Of a stretch of DNA of 64,000 bases, positions 1 to 12,813 are shown one piece after another. Position 1 is the stretch's first letter. Each line of letters opens with the position of its first letter. Origin of the DNA: Octopus vulgaris (taxonomy: Eukaryota). The notes below the pieces were generated by a model. The model was not told the origin of the DNA and did not search any database. It worked only from the letters and a program-made list of their open reading frames with translations. The position numbers and the translations under genes are program-made. The DNA is taken from assembly GCA_951406725.2 (NCBI GenBank), contig OX597827.1, forward strand, positions 16,616,001 through 16,680,000. Reading direction: 5' to 3'.

Positions 1-493
1 ATCATATGGCTACAATATACAGATATCTTGAAAAAGGTATTAGTTTTTCCTTACTGTATTACAAAAGCTCAAAACAAACTATAAAAAAAAAACCATAATG
101 AAGGTAAAGGAAAATAAATGGTAGAAAACAAGCAAACGAATAAATAACCATGAAATGCGAGATGTAATAAATATACATTTGTCACACAATAAAATAAATC
201 AGCCTCGCTTAAATTATGTTCAAGTTCAAATAAACCATTAAACAGATATAGGGCAAGTGCAACATCTTGGAATAAATAACAAAAACAAAAGCGTCTCGTT
301 TAAATGTTTGAACAAAATGACTTTATTACGCGGCGGTCTTGAAAGCAATGCATCTAATCTTAGCTCGATGTGGGCGATTTTACAATAGCGTGGTAATCTA
401 CGTACGAGTACAGCTGTCCGGATAATGCTGTGTTTTGTCCTGATTATGAGCACAATCGCCATTACAAGATGGCTGTCGTGTGAGTCATTGCAA

Positions 494-906
494 CTCTTAC
501 TCTTTTACTCTTTTACTTGTTTCAGTCATTTGACTGCGGCCATGCTGGAGCACCGCCTTTAGTCGAGCAAATCAACCCCGGGACTTATTCTTTGTAAGTC
601 CAGTACTTATTCTATCAGTCTCTTTTTGCTGAACCGCTAAGTGACGGGGACGTAAACACACCAGCATCGGTTGTCAAGCAATGCTAGGGGGACAAACACA
701 GACACACAAACACACACACATATATATATATATACATATATACGACAGGCTTCTTTCAGTTTCCGTCTACCAAATCCACTCACAAGGCATTGGTAGGCCC
801 GAGGCTATAGTAGAAGACACTTGCCCAAGATGCCACGCAGTGGGACTGAACCCGGAACCATGTGGTTGGTCAGCAAGCTACTTACCACACAGCCACTCCT
901 GCGCCT
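494..906 (-). mobile_element. tRNA-derived SINE family 1 (composite with internal TA/TG microsatellite)
   Basis: Head aggcgcaggagtggctgtgtggt..ggttcagtccca (pol III A/B-box-like). Tail ..gactgaaacaagtaaaagag. Many near-identical copies in the window. Confidence 0.85.
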
Positions 907-1115
907 GTAGACAAAGTTTTGGTATTTACAAAATTATAGTGCTTATGTATGTTGTTGTATACACATATATACATACATACGTACATACGTACATACATAC
1001 ATACGTACGTACGTACGTACATACATACATACATACATACATACATACATACATACATACATACATACATACATACATACATACATACATACGTGGGTAC
1101 ATACATAAATACATA

Positions 1116-1568
1116 GTGGGATGTTTTCGGTTTGAACGGCAGTTTTTTCTAGCAGTGTCATATGAAATTGTCACCCATAATTATGACTCTAGAATCGATC
1201 TATTGCATTTCAGTCTGTTTTAGGGTTAGGGTTAGTTAGGTTTATGGTTAGGGTTAGGGTTAGGGGTGGGGGAAGGGTATCTTTTTTTCTTCACAAATGT
1301 AAATAAACCCAATCTGTTTCTTAAACGAGGGAGATATTCATACGGCACAGAATGTTTTTTTTACCTCAATGGACGTCAGTGATTGGTTGAAATTGCAGAA
1401 ATTGAAGAAAAAAACAACAAATATCTTACAAACTATAGAATTTTCTCAATAAATCCAAGAGAAAAAGATGTTTTATAAACACAATCTACCAGTATACGAA
1501 GATTAAATTTTTTTAGTTACCTAAAAATTATGTTAAAAACTGCCGTTCAAACCTAAAAGATCTCCCAC
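1116..1568. mobile_element. Non-autonomous DNA transposon with internal TTAGGG repeats
   Basis: TIRs gtgggatgttttcggtttgaacggcagtttt / aaaactgccgttcaaacctaaaagatctcccac. Degenerate (TTAGGG)n at about 1220-1265. Confidence 0.75.
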
Positions 1569-2390
1569 GTGCACGCGCACACTCACGCGCGCGCACACTC
1601 ACATACACATGTATGGTAATTTAAAAAAAAACACTTATCAAACTAATTATATATTTTAAAAGAAGATAGTGGGTTTTACATGAATCTTCTTACAGATTTT
1701 ACAACACGGCCCAACATACTGCTCTTTACAAGACAGTGGTCTCGAAAATAAGAAGACAGCAGGCTTTAGTAAAGCCTATATCAGGCACTGTATAACAAAT
1801 TTTAAGTATTTAATATTTGAAAATGTGCTCTATGATCTTAGGATGAGGCTAAAATTTCAGAGGACTGATGCGGCAAGGAGCAACTAGCAAAGGGGTCAGA
1901 CGTTTGTGTCCTGTCCCTGATACTTAACTTTCAAAGTTTGAATCTTGATCGCTTTGAGTTGATATTGATGACAACTGTAAGCAGTGGTAGCACTATAGAG
2001 TTGAGCAGTGTTTACTTGGTTTTCAGAGATGTGTTAAAATCGTCAAGTGAGGCCTGCAGAAGATAATGAGAAAAATCACTACAGTCTGTTTCACTCTTCA
2101 CTATTATATGATGAATAAATCTTTAGATGTGTCTCTATGATCTTATAGGGGTTATAGCATTAAACTCCTGCCACCATACACCGCTACCATCTCCGCTATC
2201 ACTACTATAGTCGTCATGAACGAGCATCACGAATATATACTGCCACCATCAAGAAATAATATAAGAGAATTGACCAAATCAACCCCATATTATTCCATGT
2301 CTTGTGAAAAGAAAGAAACCCCCAAAATGCAAAACAATCCTTCCCCTGTAAAAAAAACCCTAAAAAAATAGAAAGAAATATACTCTCTCT

Positions 2391-2600
2391 CTCTTTTTAC
2401 TTTTTTACTTGTTTCAGTCATTTGACTGCGGCCATGCTGGAGCACCGCCTTTAGGCGAGCAAATCGACCCCGGGACTTATTCTTTGTAAGCCCAGTACTT
2501 ATTCTATCAGTCTCTTTTGCCGAACCGCTAAGTCACGGGGACATAAACACACAAACATCGGTTGTCAAGCAATGCTAGGGGGACAAACACAGACACACAA

Positions 2601-2633
<33 letters not shown>

Positions 2634-2807
2634 CACATATATACGACGGGCTTCTTTCAGTTTCCGTCTACCAAATCCACTCACAAGGCATTGGTCGGCC
2701 CGAGGCTACAGTAGAAGACACTTGCCCAAGGTGCCACGCAATGGGACTGAACCCGGAACCATGTGGTTGGTTAGCAAGCTACTTACCACACAGCCACTCC
2801 TGCGCCT
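2391..2807 (-). mobile_element. SINE family 1
   Basis: Near-identical to 494-906. Confidence 0.85.
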
Positions 2808-2938
2808 ATATATGTATTTTTCCGAACTTTTTCATTATGAGTTCAAATTATAAAAGAGTAGACTTCAACATTCAGGACAGAAAATTGCGAGCAATGAAAT
2901 GAAATCAAGTCAGTCACCAACACCACCACCAACATCAG

Positions 2939-3290
2939 TGGAGGCGCAATGGCCCAATGGTTAGGACAGCGGACTCGCGGTCGGAGGATCGCGGTTTCGA
3001 TTCCCACACCTGGCGTTGTGTGTGTTTATTGAGCGAAAACACCTAAAGCTCCACGAGGCTCCGGCAGGGGGTGGTGGTGGCGACCCCTGTTGTACTTTTT
3101 CGCTCCAGCTTTCTCTCACTCTTCCTTCCTGTTTCTTGTCCCCGACTTCCTATGCAACCTCTGAGCCTGGATGCGCATTCATCCATCCGTCGATGCTCTC
3201 GGTGTCGGGGGTTGACCTGCTTTCTCTTCTGCGGGTCTTACGAATAGCAAAGGACCACGTTTCGGACTGCAGACAGTCCTGAGACGCTCA
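2939..3290 (+). mobile_element. tRNA(Arg)-like SINE family 3
   Basis: tggaggcgcaaTGGCCCAATGG..gcggacTCGcggtc..GGTTTCGATTCCC, ending in (AAAC)n. Same head on the minus strand at about 39810-40139 and 49012-49274, with different tails. Confidence 0.8.
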
Positions 3291-4129
3291 ACAAACAAAC
3301 AAACAAACCACCAACATGAATACGAGCACCAGTTTCTGTTTTGACGTATTAAACAGTTAACCATTCGTCGCCGAGCCCATAGAAACTTTTATGAATAAGG
3401 TGTTGATGAACAAGCAGTATGAACGATGTGACAAAGCTATTTTTACAAGTCATTAATGGTTTTAATTATTATGATATAATCAGCATTGAACCGCCAATGA
3501 TGTATTGTATAGTAAAAGTCTGACACGTTCACAACAGCGCTTATTGAATCTAAGGCGCGATGCAAATCTTCTGAAAACGTTCTTATCTTTTGATGTCTAT
3601 TTGAATGATGATGGGACACAAAAGACTCGTATCCAATCTGGAGCTCATTAACTATTGTCGTTTATAATGAATAAAACCTGATTAACACAAATTATTGTTG
3701 TATGAAGACACTTGTACGAAACTTCTCTCTCAATTCATAAAGCTTGATTAAATTCAACCAAGATTGATTACCTCTCACGTTTACACAACCGGTAATTTTA
3801 CCGTGCTGCGTATAATGAAAGTAACTTTTAAATCACACCTCGCAGTACAAGTTTTACAAATATCACGAACTGTGTTGTTATTCAACATATAACGCCACAG
3901 ATTTAAATAATTGTGAATTTAGACTAAGTCGGAGTTGAATCGATTGTTTTATATATGAAAAGTATTACTGCTTTAACTTCTTGTATTTTCTTGTATTGTT
4001 CCTATACTTTGAAACTTTACTAGAATTTCTTATTTTACGTGATCTTTCGATCCAAGGATTTCTGCTTATGTGAGTGTATATATTTCAGTAGTTTGTCTTG
4101 TATATCTTATCGTATATTTTCTATATATC

Positions 4130-4360
4130 TATTTCTTTACTATCCACAAGGGGTTAAACACAGAGAGGACAAACAAGGACAGACAAACGGATTAATTCGA
4201 TTATATCGACACCAGTGCGTAACTGGTACTTAATTTATCGACCCCGAAAGGATGAAAGGCAAAGTCAACCTCGGCGGAATTTGAACTCAGAACGTAGCGG
4301 CAGACGAAGTACGGCTACGCATTTCGCCCGGCGTGCTAACGTTTCTGCCAGCTCGCCGCC
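4130..4360 (-). mobile_element. tRNA-derived SINE family 2 (Deu/Nin-like central domain)
   Basis: ggcggcgagctggcagaa..gagttcaaattcc..gcctttcatcctttcggggtcgataaattaagtaccag..gtaaagaaata. The domain name is recalled, not searched. Other monomers at about 10286-10500, 34210-34385, 37050-37273, 40424-40655, 44185-44415 and 58665-58895. Confidence 0.85.
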
Positions 4361-4392
4361 TTTATATATTTTCTATATATCTTTTAGTGTTA

Positions 4393-4696
4393 CTCTTACT
4401 CTCTTACGCTTTTATTTGTTTCAGTCATTTGACTGTGGCCATGCTGGAGCATCGCTTTTAGTCGAGCAAATCGACCCCCAGGACTTATTCTTTGTAAGCC
4501 TAGTACTTATTCTATCGGTCTCTTTTGCCGAACCGCTAAGTTACGGGGACGATGTTGGCGGACAAACACAGACACACAAACATAGACACACAAACACAGA
4601 CACACAAACACACACACACATACATACATACATACATACATACATACATACATACATACACACACACATACATACATACATACATACATACATACA

Positions 4697-4730
<34 letters not shown>

Positions 4731-4888
4731 CGACGGGCTTCTTTCAGTTTCTATCTACCAAATCCCCTCACAAGGCTTTGGTCGGGCTATAGTAGAAGAC
4801 ACTTGCACAAGGTGCCACGCAGTGGAACTGAACCCGGTATCATGTGGCTCGTAAGCAAGCTACCTACCACACAGCCACTCCTACGCCT
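4393..4888 (-). mobile_element. SINE family 1
   Basis: Same head and tail, expanded internal microsatellite. Confidence 0.85.
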
Positions 4889-5227
4889 ATAAGATTACGA
4901 ATTTTTTTTCAACTCTAAAATCCTAAGAGAGATTTTCATATGGCTTCTGATTCCTCTGCAGAACTTGGTGAGATACATACACACACACACACAGTCTTAA
5001 AATTAAAAAAACCACAAATATTGTACCTACAGCTACCCAGAGATTTCCTGGTCAAAATGATAATTTGTTCTGCTGTTTATCAAGCTGAATTTATCAAGTT
5101 GTCTTTCGAGCAGATAACGTTTAAGCCCTGGCTAGCTGGAATTACAAGATTTATGGTTTTTCATTTTAAGATTATCTTTACTCTCTTAACTGATCGAGTC
5201 CTTATCTATGTGTTGAAGCATTACCTC

Positions 5228-5267
<40 letters not shown>

Positions 5268-5268
<1 letters not shown>

Positions 5269-5684
5269 GAGGAGTCGCTGTGCGGTAGGTAGCTTGCTTA
5301 TCAACCACATGGTTACGGGTGCAGTCCCACTGCGTGGCACCTTGGGCACGTGTCTTCTACTATAGCCTCGGGCCGACCAAAGCCTTGTGAGTGGATTTGG
5401 TAGACGGAAACTGAAAGAAGCCCGTCGTATACATGTATATATATATATATGTGTGTGTATATGTTTGTATGTCTGTGTTTGTTCCCCCTCCAACATCGCT
5501 TGACAACCGATGCTGGTGTGTTTACGTCCCCGTAATTTAGCGGTTCGGCAAAAGAGTCCGAGAGATCAAGTACTAGGCTTACAAAAGAATAAGTCCTGGG
5601 ATCGATTTGCTCGACTAAAGGCGGTGCTCCAGCATGGCCGAAGTCAAATGACTGAAACAAGTAAAAGAGTAAAAGAGTAAAGAG

Positions 5685-5685
<1 letters not shown>
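5268..5685 (+). mobile_element. SINE family 1
   Basis: Same head and tail. Confidence 0.85.
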
Positions 5686-5716
<31 letters not shown>

Positions 5717-5954
5717 CGACGGCCTTCTACACATATTCCGTCTACTGAACTCACAAGGTGTTGGTCAGGTCGGCACTAAGTAGAAGATACATATCCAGCG
5801 TGCCACGCAGTAGGACTGAACCTGAAATCACGTGGTTGCAAAGCGAGTTTGTCTGAGGAACGAGTATATAATCCGTGAGTTTATTTGGTAAAAAAAAAAT
5901 TGAATGACCGTCCCGAAATATAACAATATAACACTATGCTTATATACATGTGTG

Positions 5955-6126
5955 CCGTTGGCGATTTCTTCTCCATCTTTGGAATTTTGCCTTTCTACTT
6001 TCCGACGAAGAGCAGTGCTCGAAACGTCTCATTTCACTGAGCGTCAAGCTAATACATTTCTGTGCTCATCCTCAGGTTCATTTTTTCGTTATTTTTATGT
6101 GAACAGTTTGTTTATTTGAATTGACT
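5955..6126 (+). mobile_element. Short HHR-motif repeat, family B (degenerate)
   Basis: tttCCGACGAAGAGCagtGCTCGAAACGTC at 5999-6028, then ctgagcgtc and a (TA)n end. Confidence 0.55.
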
Positions 6127-6141
6127 ATATATATATATATA

Positions 6142-6534
6142 TCTTTATATATAAAAGTCAAGTTGTGTGTCTGTCTCCTACGATTTAGATTCCGAACTAC
6201 TCCCACATTTTGCGGTGCAGTGTAACCAAAAGCGGGTATCTTATAGTCGTTATTCTTATCGAGCCCTTCTGGGTATTAGCGCGCATCTACGATGAGTCTA
6301 CAATTAAAAAAAAAATTTCCATAATTTTTTCCCATTTCTAATGCCTTTTTTTGCTATTATATAAGGGAAGTAACACTCTAAAATGTATTATTAAATCTCT
6401 GAACGTAAAAAGCTACAGTAATAACCCCCTTTGTGGTTAGCCATATTGAGATGGCTATTATAGTTTACATCTCTAAAAATGCTTATATAGTTATTTCCCT
6501 TAGAAACCCGAGCGACGCCGGGCGATACTGCTAG
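6142..6534 (+). mobile_element. Non-autonomous Helitron
   Basis: 5' TC(tttatatataaaag), 3' hairpin cccgagcgacgccggg and CTAG end, inserted between A and T. Copies at 41767 and 61882. Confidence 0.8.
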
Positions 6535-7009
6535 TATATATTAATAGATCTCAGGGTAGCCAAAAATTTTTTTAAAATTATACGCTACCAGTTGTCTAGC
6601 GCGAAGAAAAAAACTAGTCAATAGACTATATATTATTCATATAAAAATACAGTGGCGATAAGAGGACATCTGACACGCCAGAAAGAGTATTGTATTTGCT
6701 GCCGATAAAAAACCGCGCGTGTAAGGTGGATTTTGAAAACTTATAACATATAAACACAAGGCATGTTCTTTATCAACTCGTTTTTATATGTTAATATTGG
6801 CTTTCCTGCTGATGATAGCTTCGCTAATTGTAAATTATTTTATTTACAGAAGATTGGTTGAAACATTAATGCTACAGTAAATTTAGAGTAAATGTTATAA
6901 TTTTTCATTCCCTTTCGAAATTACCTCTAATAGTGGTTTGTAGTTTAACTACTCTTTCTAGCGAGTCAGATGCCCTGTTATGGCCATCTATTATGCATTT
7001 AAATGTACA

Positions 7010-7068
<59 letters not shown>

Positions 7069-7072
<4 letters not shown>

Positions 7073-7406
7073 GGTCCCGGGTTGATTCGGGGTTAACCAC
7101 AGTAAGTAAGGTACTCAATACATAGCAGAGTAAAATTAATTTATTATATAGAAGGAGCTTCTACAGGACTAGTACTGTTTCATTCAAGAGAAATCTTCAG
7201 GAAGCTATTTAACAAGAATTGTATTAGCATTTATACATTTAGGCAGGTTTAAAGGAGTGGTGGTGGGGGACCCAAAAAAGTCCCCCACCACCACTCCTTT
7301 AAACCTGCCTAAATGTATAAATGCTAATACAATTCTTGTTAAATAGCTTCCTGAAGATTTCTCTTGAATGAAACAGTACTAGTCCTGTAGAAGCTCCTTC
7401 TATATA

Positions 7407-7412
<6 letters not shown>
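7069..7412. mobile_element. Mini fold-back (PLE-like terminal remnant): perfect 133-bp inverted repeat plus 70-bp extension, between (TA)n tracts
   Basis: 7139-7271 is the exact reverse complement of 7280-7412, with loop CCAAAAAA. Each arm holds the HHR-like CTGAAGA-tttctcttgaat-GAAA-cagtacta-GTC (7351-7384 on +). A related degenerate copy lies at 47691-47842. Confidence 0.8.
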
Positions 7413-7440
<28 letters not shown>

Positions 7441-7443
<3 letters not shown>

Positions 7444-7704
7444 AACTCAGAACGTAGCGGCAGACGAAATACCTATTTCTTTACTACCCACAAGGGGCTA
7501 AACACAGAGGAGACAAACAAGGACAGACAGACGGATTAAGTCGATTATATCGACCCCAGTGCGTAACTGGTATTTAATTTATCGACCCCAAAAGGATGAA
7601 AGGCAAAGTCGACCTCGGTGGAATTTGAACTCAGAACCTAACGGCAGACCAAATACCGCTGAGCATTTCGCCCGGCGTGCTAACGATTCTGCCAGCTCGC
7701 CGCC
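7441..7704 (-). mobile_element. SINE family 2 with partial second unit
   Basis: Full copy plus about 33 bp of a further unit through the gaaatacc|tatttc junction. Confidence 0.8.
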
Positions 7705-7920
7705 TTACTTGCTATCCCTGCCAGGCTGAGTGATTGCATAGAGATTTTGTTCTGTATACTGTCTTATGAATTCGTTACTGATTCATCACTTTACTATATA
7801 GTATGATACATTAGCTTCCGTCTCTAATAATCACTAATGCATTACTAAAATATAACTATTATATGTATATATAAAGCCTTGTGAGTGGATTTGGTGGACG
7901 GAAATCGAAAAGAGACCCGT

Positions 7921-8103
7921 TAGCCACTACACACATTTTTTCTTTCCTTATTTCTCTCCTTGTTTTTTCTGTGTGTTTTTCTGTAGAAGAGCGGAGGCTC
8001 GAAACGTAAAAGACTTTTTCTATTCCTGAGCGTTATACTAATACATCTGTTTTAATTGTACACCACCTGTCTTCGTCCTTTGTTTATTTTTGTAAACTCT
8101 CCC
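7921..8103 (+). mobile_element. Short HHR-motif repeat, family A
   Basis: tagccactacacac..ttt-CTGTAGA-A-GAGC-ggag-GCTC-GAAA-CG-TA-aaag..actctccc then (TA)n. Copies at 16981, ~32490 and 55302. Confidence 0.75.
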
Positions 8104-8121
8104 TATATATATATGTGTGTG

Positions 8122-8160
<39 letters not shown>

Positions 8161-8171
8161 GTATATGTATG

Positions 8172-8223
<52 letters not shown>

Positions 8224-8742
8224 TATAAATATATATATATATGCACATGTATGTTTGTTGTGTGTGCGTGCTTGCGCGCTCGCGTCTGTGTGTGTGCAAG
8301 GACATAACTTGAATGCATTTACTGTATTTCGTATTATTGACTATTTGCTACAACCAATTCTTTTTGTTAGTTCTGTACCAGTTAAAATGTAATAGAATAC
8401 CAAGTATTCCGGAAAAAGAGATCCTAAGAATCGCATATAAAAAAAAGCCAACACCACTTCAAGGAAACCATGTAGTGTCAATAGATATTGTATAAGAGCA
8501 GTTATATTCTTCCTTATTATAAATAATGATATTTCATCCAACAGATCATTAGTGAACGTTCGTGCAGTTTATAACCTCTATTCTACATGTCTAAGTCTTA
8601 TAATGTAGTTTTTGTTTTATAACATCCAATGTTAAACGCTTATTCTGCATCCATCCATCCATCCATCCATCCATCCATCCATCCATCCATCCATCCATCC
8701 ATCCATCCATTCATCCATCCATACATACATACATACATACAC

Positions 8743-8791
<49 letters not shown>

Positions 8792-8939
8792 TACAAGCGG
8801 TAAGATAACAAAAGAAAGAAAGAGACCTCAATATTATGTAAATAGAGGAAATTTATCTGTAAAATAATAATATGTGACAATTATTCAATAGCCAAGATAA
8901 ATCTCTGAGTTTCGGATGCCGAGGTGGATATATATATAT

Positions 8940-9026
<87 letters not shown>

Positions 9027-9084
9027 TGTATGTATGTATGTATGTATGTATGTATGTATGTATGTATATATATATGTATATACA

Positions 9085-10279
9085 CAGCGTGGGTAAGATA
9101 TTTGAGGACAGATTTATGGTTATAAAAAAACAGATATATAATAACAGATAATAACTTTATTTATCAAAAAATGCTATGAGGATAAAAATAAACCTTCTTT
9201 TCTATAATGTTATTCAATAAAGCCACCTTCAGCTTCAACAACTGCTTCTATATGAGATCTAAATCATCTACATGCTCGAATCAAGAGGTCCTGGTTAATT
9301 TTGGACATTACTCTGACTATGGCAGCTTTTAAAGAATCTTTGGTGTTATGGGTGTGTTCATTGACCTCTCTTTCAACAACGCTTCACATGTAATAGTCCA
9401 ATGGAGATATGGGGAATTAGAAGGCCAAAGGTCAGGGATTATGTGGTCATGAAAATTTACAGCCATCCATTCCTGTGTTACTAGATCCATGTGTGATAGA
9501 GCAGAGCCTTACTGAAAGACAGACGGCCTTCCGTTGCATACACTATCCAGGGCTCAACATTTGTTTCCAGGAACTCAATAAAGGTGGCAGAGTTAAATCT
9601 AAGGCCTTGTGGGAAGAAATAAGGAGGCATTACATGCCCTTCATTGCTGACAAACACTAAATCTATGACAGTTTCAGATATTTCGTAAGTATAACACTTG
9701 GAACTTCAGAAGGGTCTGCACAAAACCAAATCAAATCTTCTTCTGCTAGATTTTTCAGTTTGTTTAAGAGCCTTTTAGAACTGATATAGTGATTTTCTTT
9801 TGCTTTTTCTGACAAATTGACCTTTCCTCATCATTGAAGACTTATATCTGATGTCTTCGTGGACAACATTTCTGACTGTTACTTCTGACACATGGAGATC
9901 TTTTGCAATTGACCTCATGGACTTTCTGGGATTATAGTCAATGGTCTGTTGAACTTGCTAGATAAATTCAGATTTTCTGGTCATTTCAGAGCGTTTAGAA
10001 TGTTTTTTTATGCTTTGATACTGGTGATGCGTTTCCATCTTCAGTCTCTAACTCTTTACGAACTTTGTAGACGAAAGATCTGGCAACTTCTAAAAATCGA
10101 AATATTTCTAAATCGCTATGCTCAGCCTTTATAACCACAGTAACAGCATGCCTATTCATTTCTTGAGTAAGCTGAGGGTCTGCCACTATTATTTTTTGAA
10201 ACAAAAATTATACAGTGTTCGCAAATAAATGCAGCAATGACCAAAAAAGGGTGTGTCCTCAAATTCCTTACGTACCCTG
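9085..10279 (-). mobile_element. Decayed Tc1/mariner transposon (maT/DD37D-like)
   Basis: Imperfect TIRs cag(c/g)gt..taag..atttgaggaca. Minus-strand transposase remnants, including WPSNSP..PLDYY..HNTKDSLKAAI..IRACR..EAVVEAEGGFIE*. Confidence 0.8.
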
Positions 10280-10676
10280 TATATAATCCTTTCTAGTACA
10301 GGCACAAGACCTGAAATTTGGAGGAAGAGGGCCAGTCGATTAGATCTACCCCATTACATAACTGGTACTTAATTTATCGACCCACAAATGAAGAAAGGCA
10401 AAGTAGACCTCGGCAGAATTTGAATTCAGAACGTAGCAACGGGCGAAATACCGCTAAGCATTTCGCCCAGCGCGCAAATGACTCGGCCAGTTCGCCGCCT
10501 TTATTTGTATAAATATAAATATATATTTACACACACACACACACATATATATATATACACACACACAAACATATATATATATATATATATGCACTCATAC
10601 ACACACACACGTTCACACACGCATACACACATACACATATGTGCAAATATATAGATGATATAGTTACGTACATATA

Positions 10677-10893
10677 CGAGGAGTCATAAGAAGTTCCTGG
10701 TTTCAAAGACATTGCAAAACGCCTAGCTGGAGGCCCAGCCTTCTGAGTTCTTTTACAGGACTTAGAAAATACTGAAGGACTTCTGCAATAAGTGTGTGAA
10801 TCTGAGAGTAGAATATGTTGAATAAAATCCTTATTAACAAATCCTCCTGCATTTTCTTTTACTCAAACCCAAGAACTTCTCAGCAACCCCTCG
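10677..10893 (+). mobile_element. Mariner-derived MITE
   Basis: TA-flanked TIRs cgagg..agaagttc / gaacttct..cctcg. Internal mariner C-terminus-like ..NKCVNLRVEYVE*. Confidence 0.6.
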
Positions 10894-12147
10894 TATAAAG
10901 ATATACATATCTGTCCATAGGTGCGCACGCGTGCACACACACGCACGCACATACACACACATCTTGTATTTTCTTTTACCTTTTACTTGTTCCAGTCATT
11001 AGACTATGGTCATGCCGAAGCACCGCCTTGAAGAAGTACATATTTTTAAAAGCCTGGTAATTATTCTATAAACTGGAACCCTCGTCGTCGTAACCGACGG
11101 AGTACCAGTAATATAGATACACACAAACACATATATATATATATTCAACCCTATATCTCTCTAAGTGTCTGTATGCAAGGCGGCATTTATTCTGTCTATT
11201 TCTGTTCTGTATTCAAACCCAGTTGAGGTGAACTTTTGCTTTCATCCTTCTCATTGTCGATGAAATAAAATATCATTCAAGTACTGGGGTCGATGGAATT
11301 CACACTACCCGCCTTCCCTTCAAAATCGTTGGTCGTGTGCCTAGATTGGAAACTAATATTTCTTCCAGCTTCCAACTGTGTTATGATTGTGTTACATATT
11401 TGTATGCTGTCTTCAAATATGGCCTGTATAAACCTCTGGTGATACTGTTCTTTTGACCTCTGATGATATTGTAATAATTCAGACGAAAATTGTCGATCAG
11501 CTGTAAGATCGAAATCTAACTTATGAAATATATTCTTTAATATGAAAAGGTTCTATATTAAGAAAGACAACATTTCACATGAAATGTTCTAACAGTAAAA
11601 TTAATTAAACTCTAATATCTTGAATCTTGTTAACACGAAATATATTTAAAAGTATTTAAATAATCCTTTCTACATATATTTCTTATAGCGGTAAAATATA
11701 TAAGCCTTTAGAGAAAATATCAGTGTGGTAGCTTAATTAACTATAGGTTAAGATAAACTTTTAAACACTATAAATCCGCTATACATAATTGAGGCATTAA
11801 AAAATTCAAATAGGCATGTATGTAACATATTGAATGCATGTACACAGTTGGTACGCCATTTACAGTGGTATTTGGCTTGAGAGAACACCTTCTATGGAGG
11901 TGCTGTGTTAAATACAATAAATAATGGAGGGAGATTATTTTTATTCAGCTGGACATTCGTTCACATCATTAGTGAATGCTGTTTCGTTCAGCCCAAAGGC
12001 AGTCCAAATGCATTTGGCGTCCTCGTTTGCGGCTGTAAGGACACGACTTCGCTTTCTTCTGATATTTATTGTATTTTAACACAGCACGTCCGTAAGAAAT
12101 GTTAAATGTTATGTCAGTACTGCAGTAACTGGCCTATGAACGATATA

Positions 12148-12813
12148 CAGGGCGTTCCAGAAGTCTTGGGCACATTTTGACATTGAATATCTCGAAAACT
12201 ATTAAGGACATAAAAACGCATCTGATATATTCTGAAAGCCTGCAATTTCAAGGTTTTTTATGGAATGTTCAAATATGTTCAATGTGAGAACCATTAATCA
12301 CACGGAACACATCAAGCCGATAGTCCAATTCCACCATGACGAGCTGGTTTATCAGTGTTCTGCAACTGTTGGACTAACTGTAGCTTGTAAGGTGTCATCT
12401 GCAGTCGTCTTTTTAAGATACGTCAAACAGTTGTTGTAGGAAGCTGAAGTTCCCTACAGGCTCTTCTGATCGATTTACAGGGGCTCCGCTCGAAGGCAGT
12501 TTGAACTCGCTCAACCGTATCATCTGAAGTTGAGGGGCGTCCTGTTCTCTTAGCTAGGCACAAACACCCATCTTTTATGAATTTACCATACCATGATTCA
12601 GTTTTTGCAAATTCAAGGGCGCAAAACGCCTTTTCTGGTTGAGTGAACGCCATTACTGGATCTGAAAAAAATATGAAAAAATCATTAGCATTACAAAAAA
12701 AAAAAAAACTTAATGAATTTAGCTTTAATATGGTACCAGTTGCATCTTACTACCAATCATAGTCCAGCAGATATGAGGACTTGAAATGTGCGCAAGACTT
12801 CTGGAACACCCTG
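12148..12813 (-). mobile_element. Internally deleted Tc1/mariner element
   Basis: TIRs cagggYgttccagaagtcttgSgcacattt with TA on both sides. N-terminal HTH remnant MAFTQPEKAFCALEFAKTES..TGRPSTS..SPCKSIRRAC at 12423-12653. Confidence 0.85.

Noticed and set aside
1220-1265. True telomere or chromosome fusion site
   Set aside because: Short, degenerate and enclosed by transposon TIRs.
2939-3010. tRNA-Arg gene
   Set aside because: tRNA-like head continues into a SINE body and tail, and lacks a proper acceptor stem.
4215-4892. Recurrent ORFs beginning MRNWYLIYRPRKDERQ or MLGGQTQTHK
   Set aside because: Chance frames through SINE consensus sequences, with no protein motifs.
6805-6830. CTGATGA followed by small hairpin tagc-ttc-gcta
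   Set aside because: No GAAA or NUH follows, so it is not callable as a hammerhead.
8341-8541. Hydrophobic 66-aa minus-strand ORF as possible host exon
   Set aside because: No recognisable domain or convincing splice sites.
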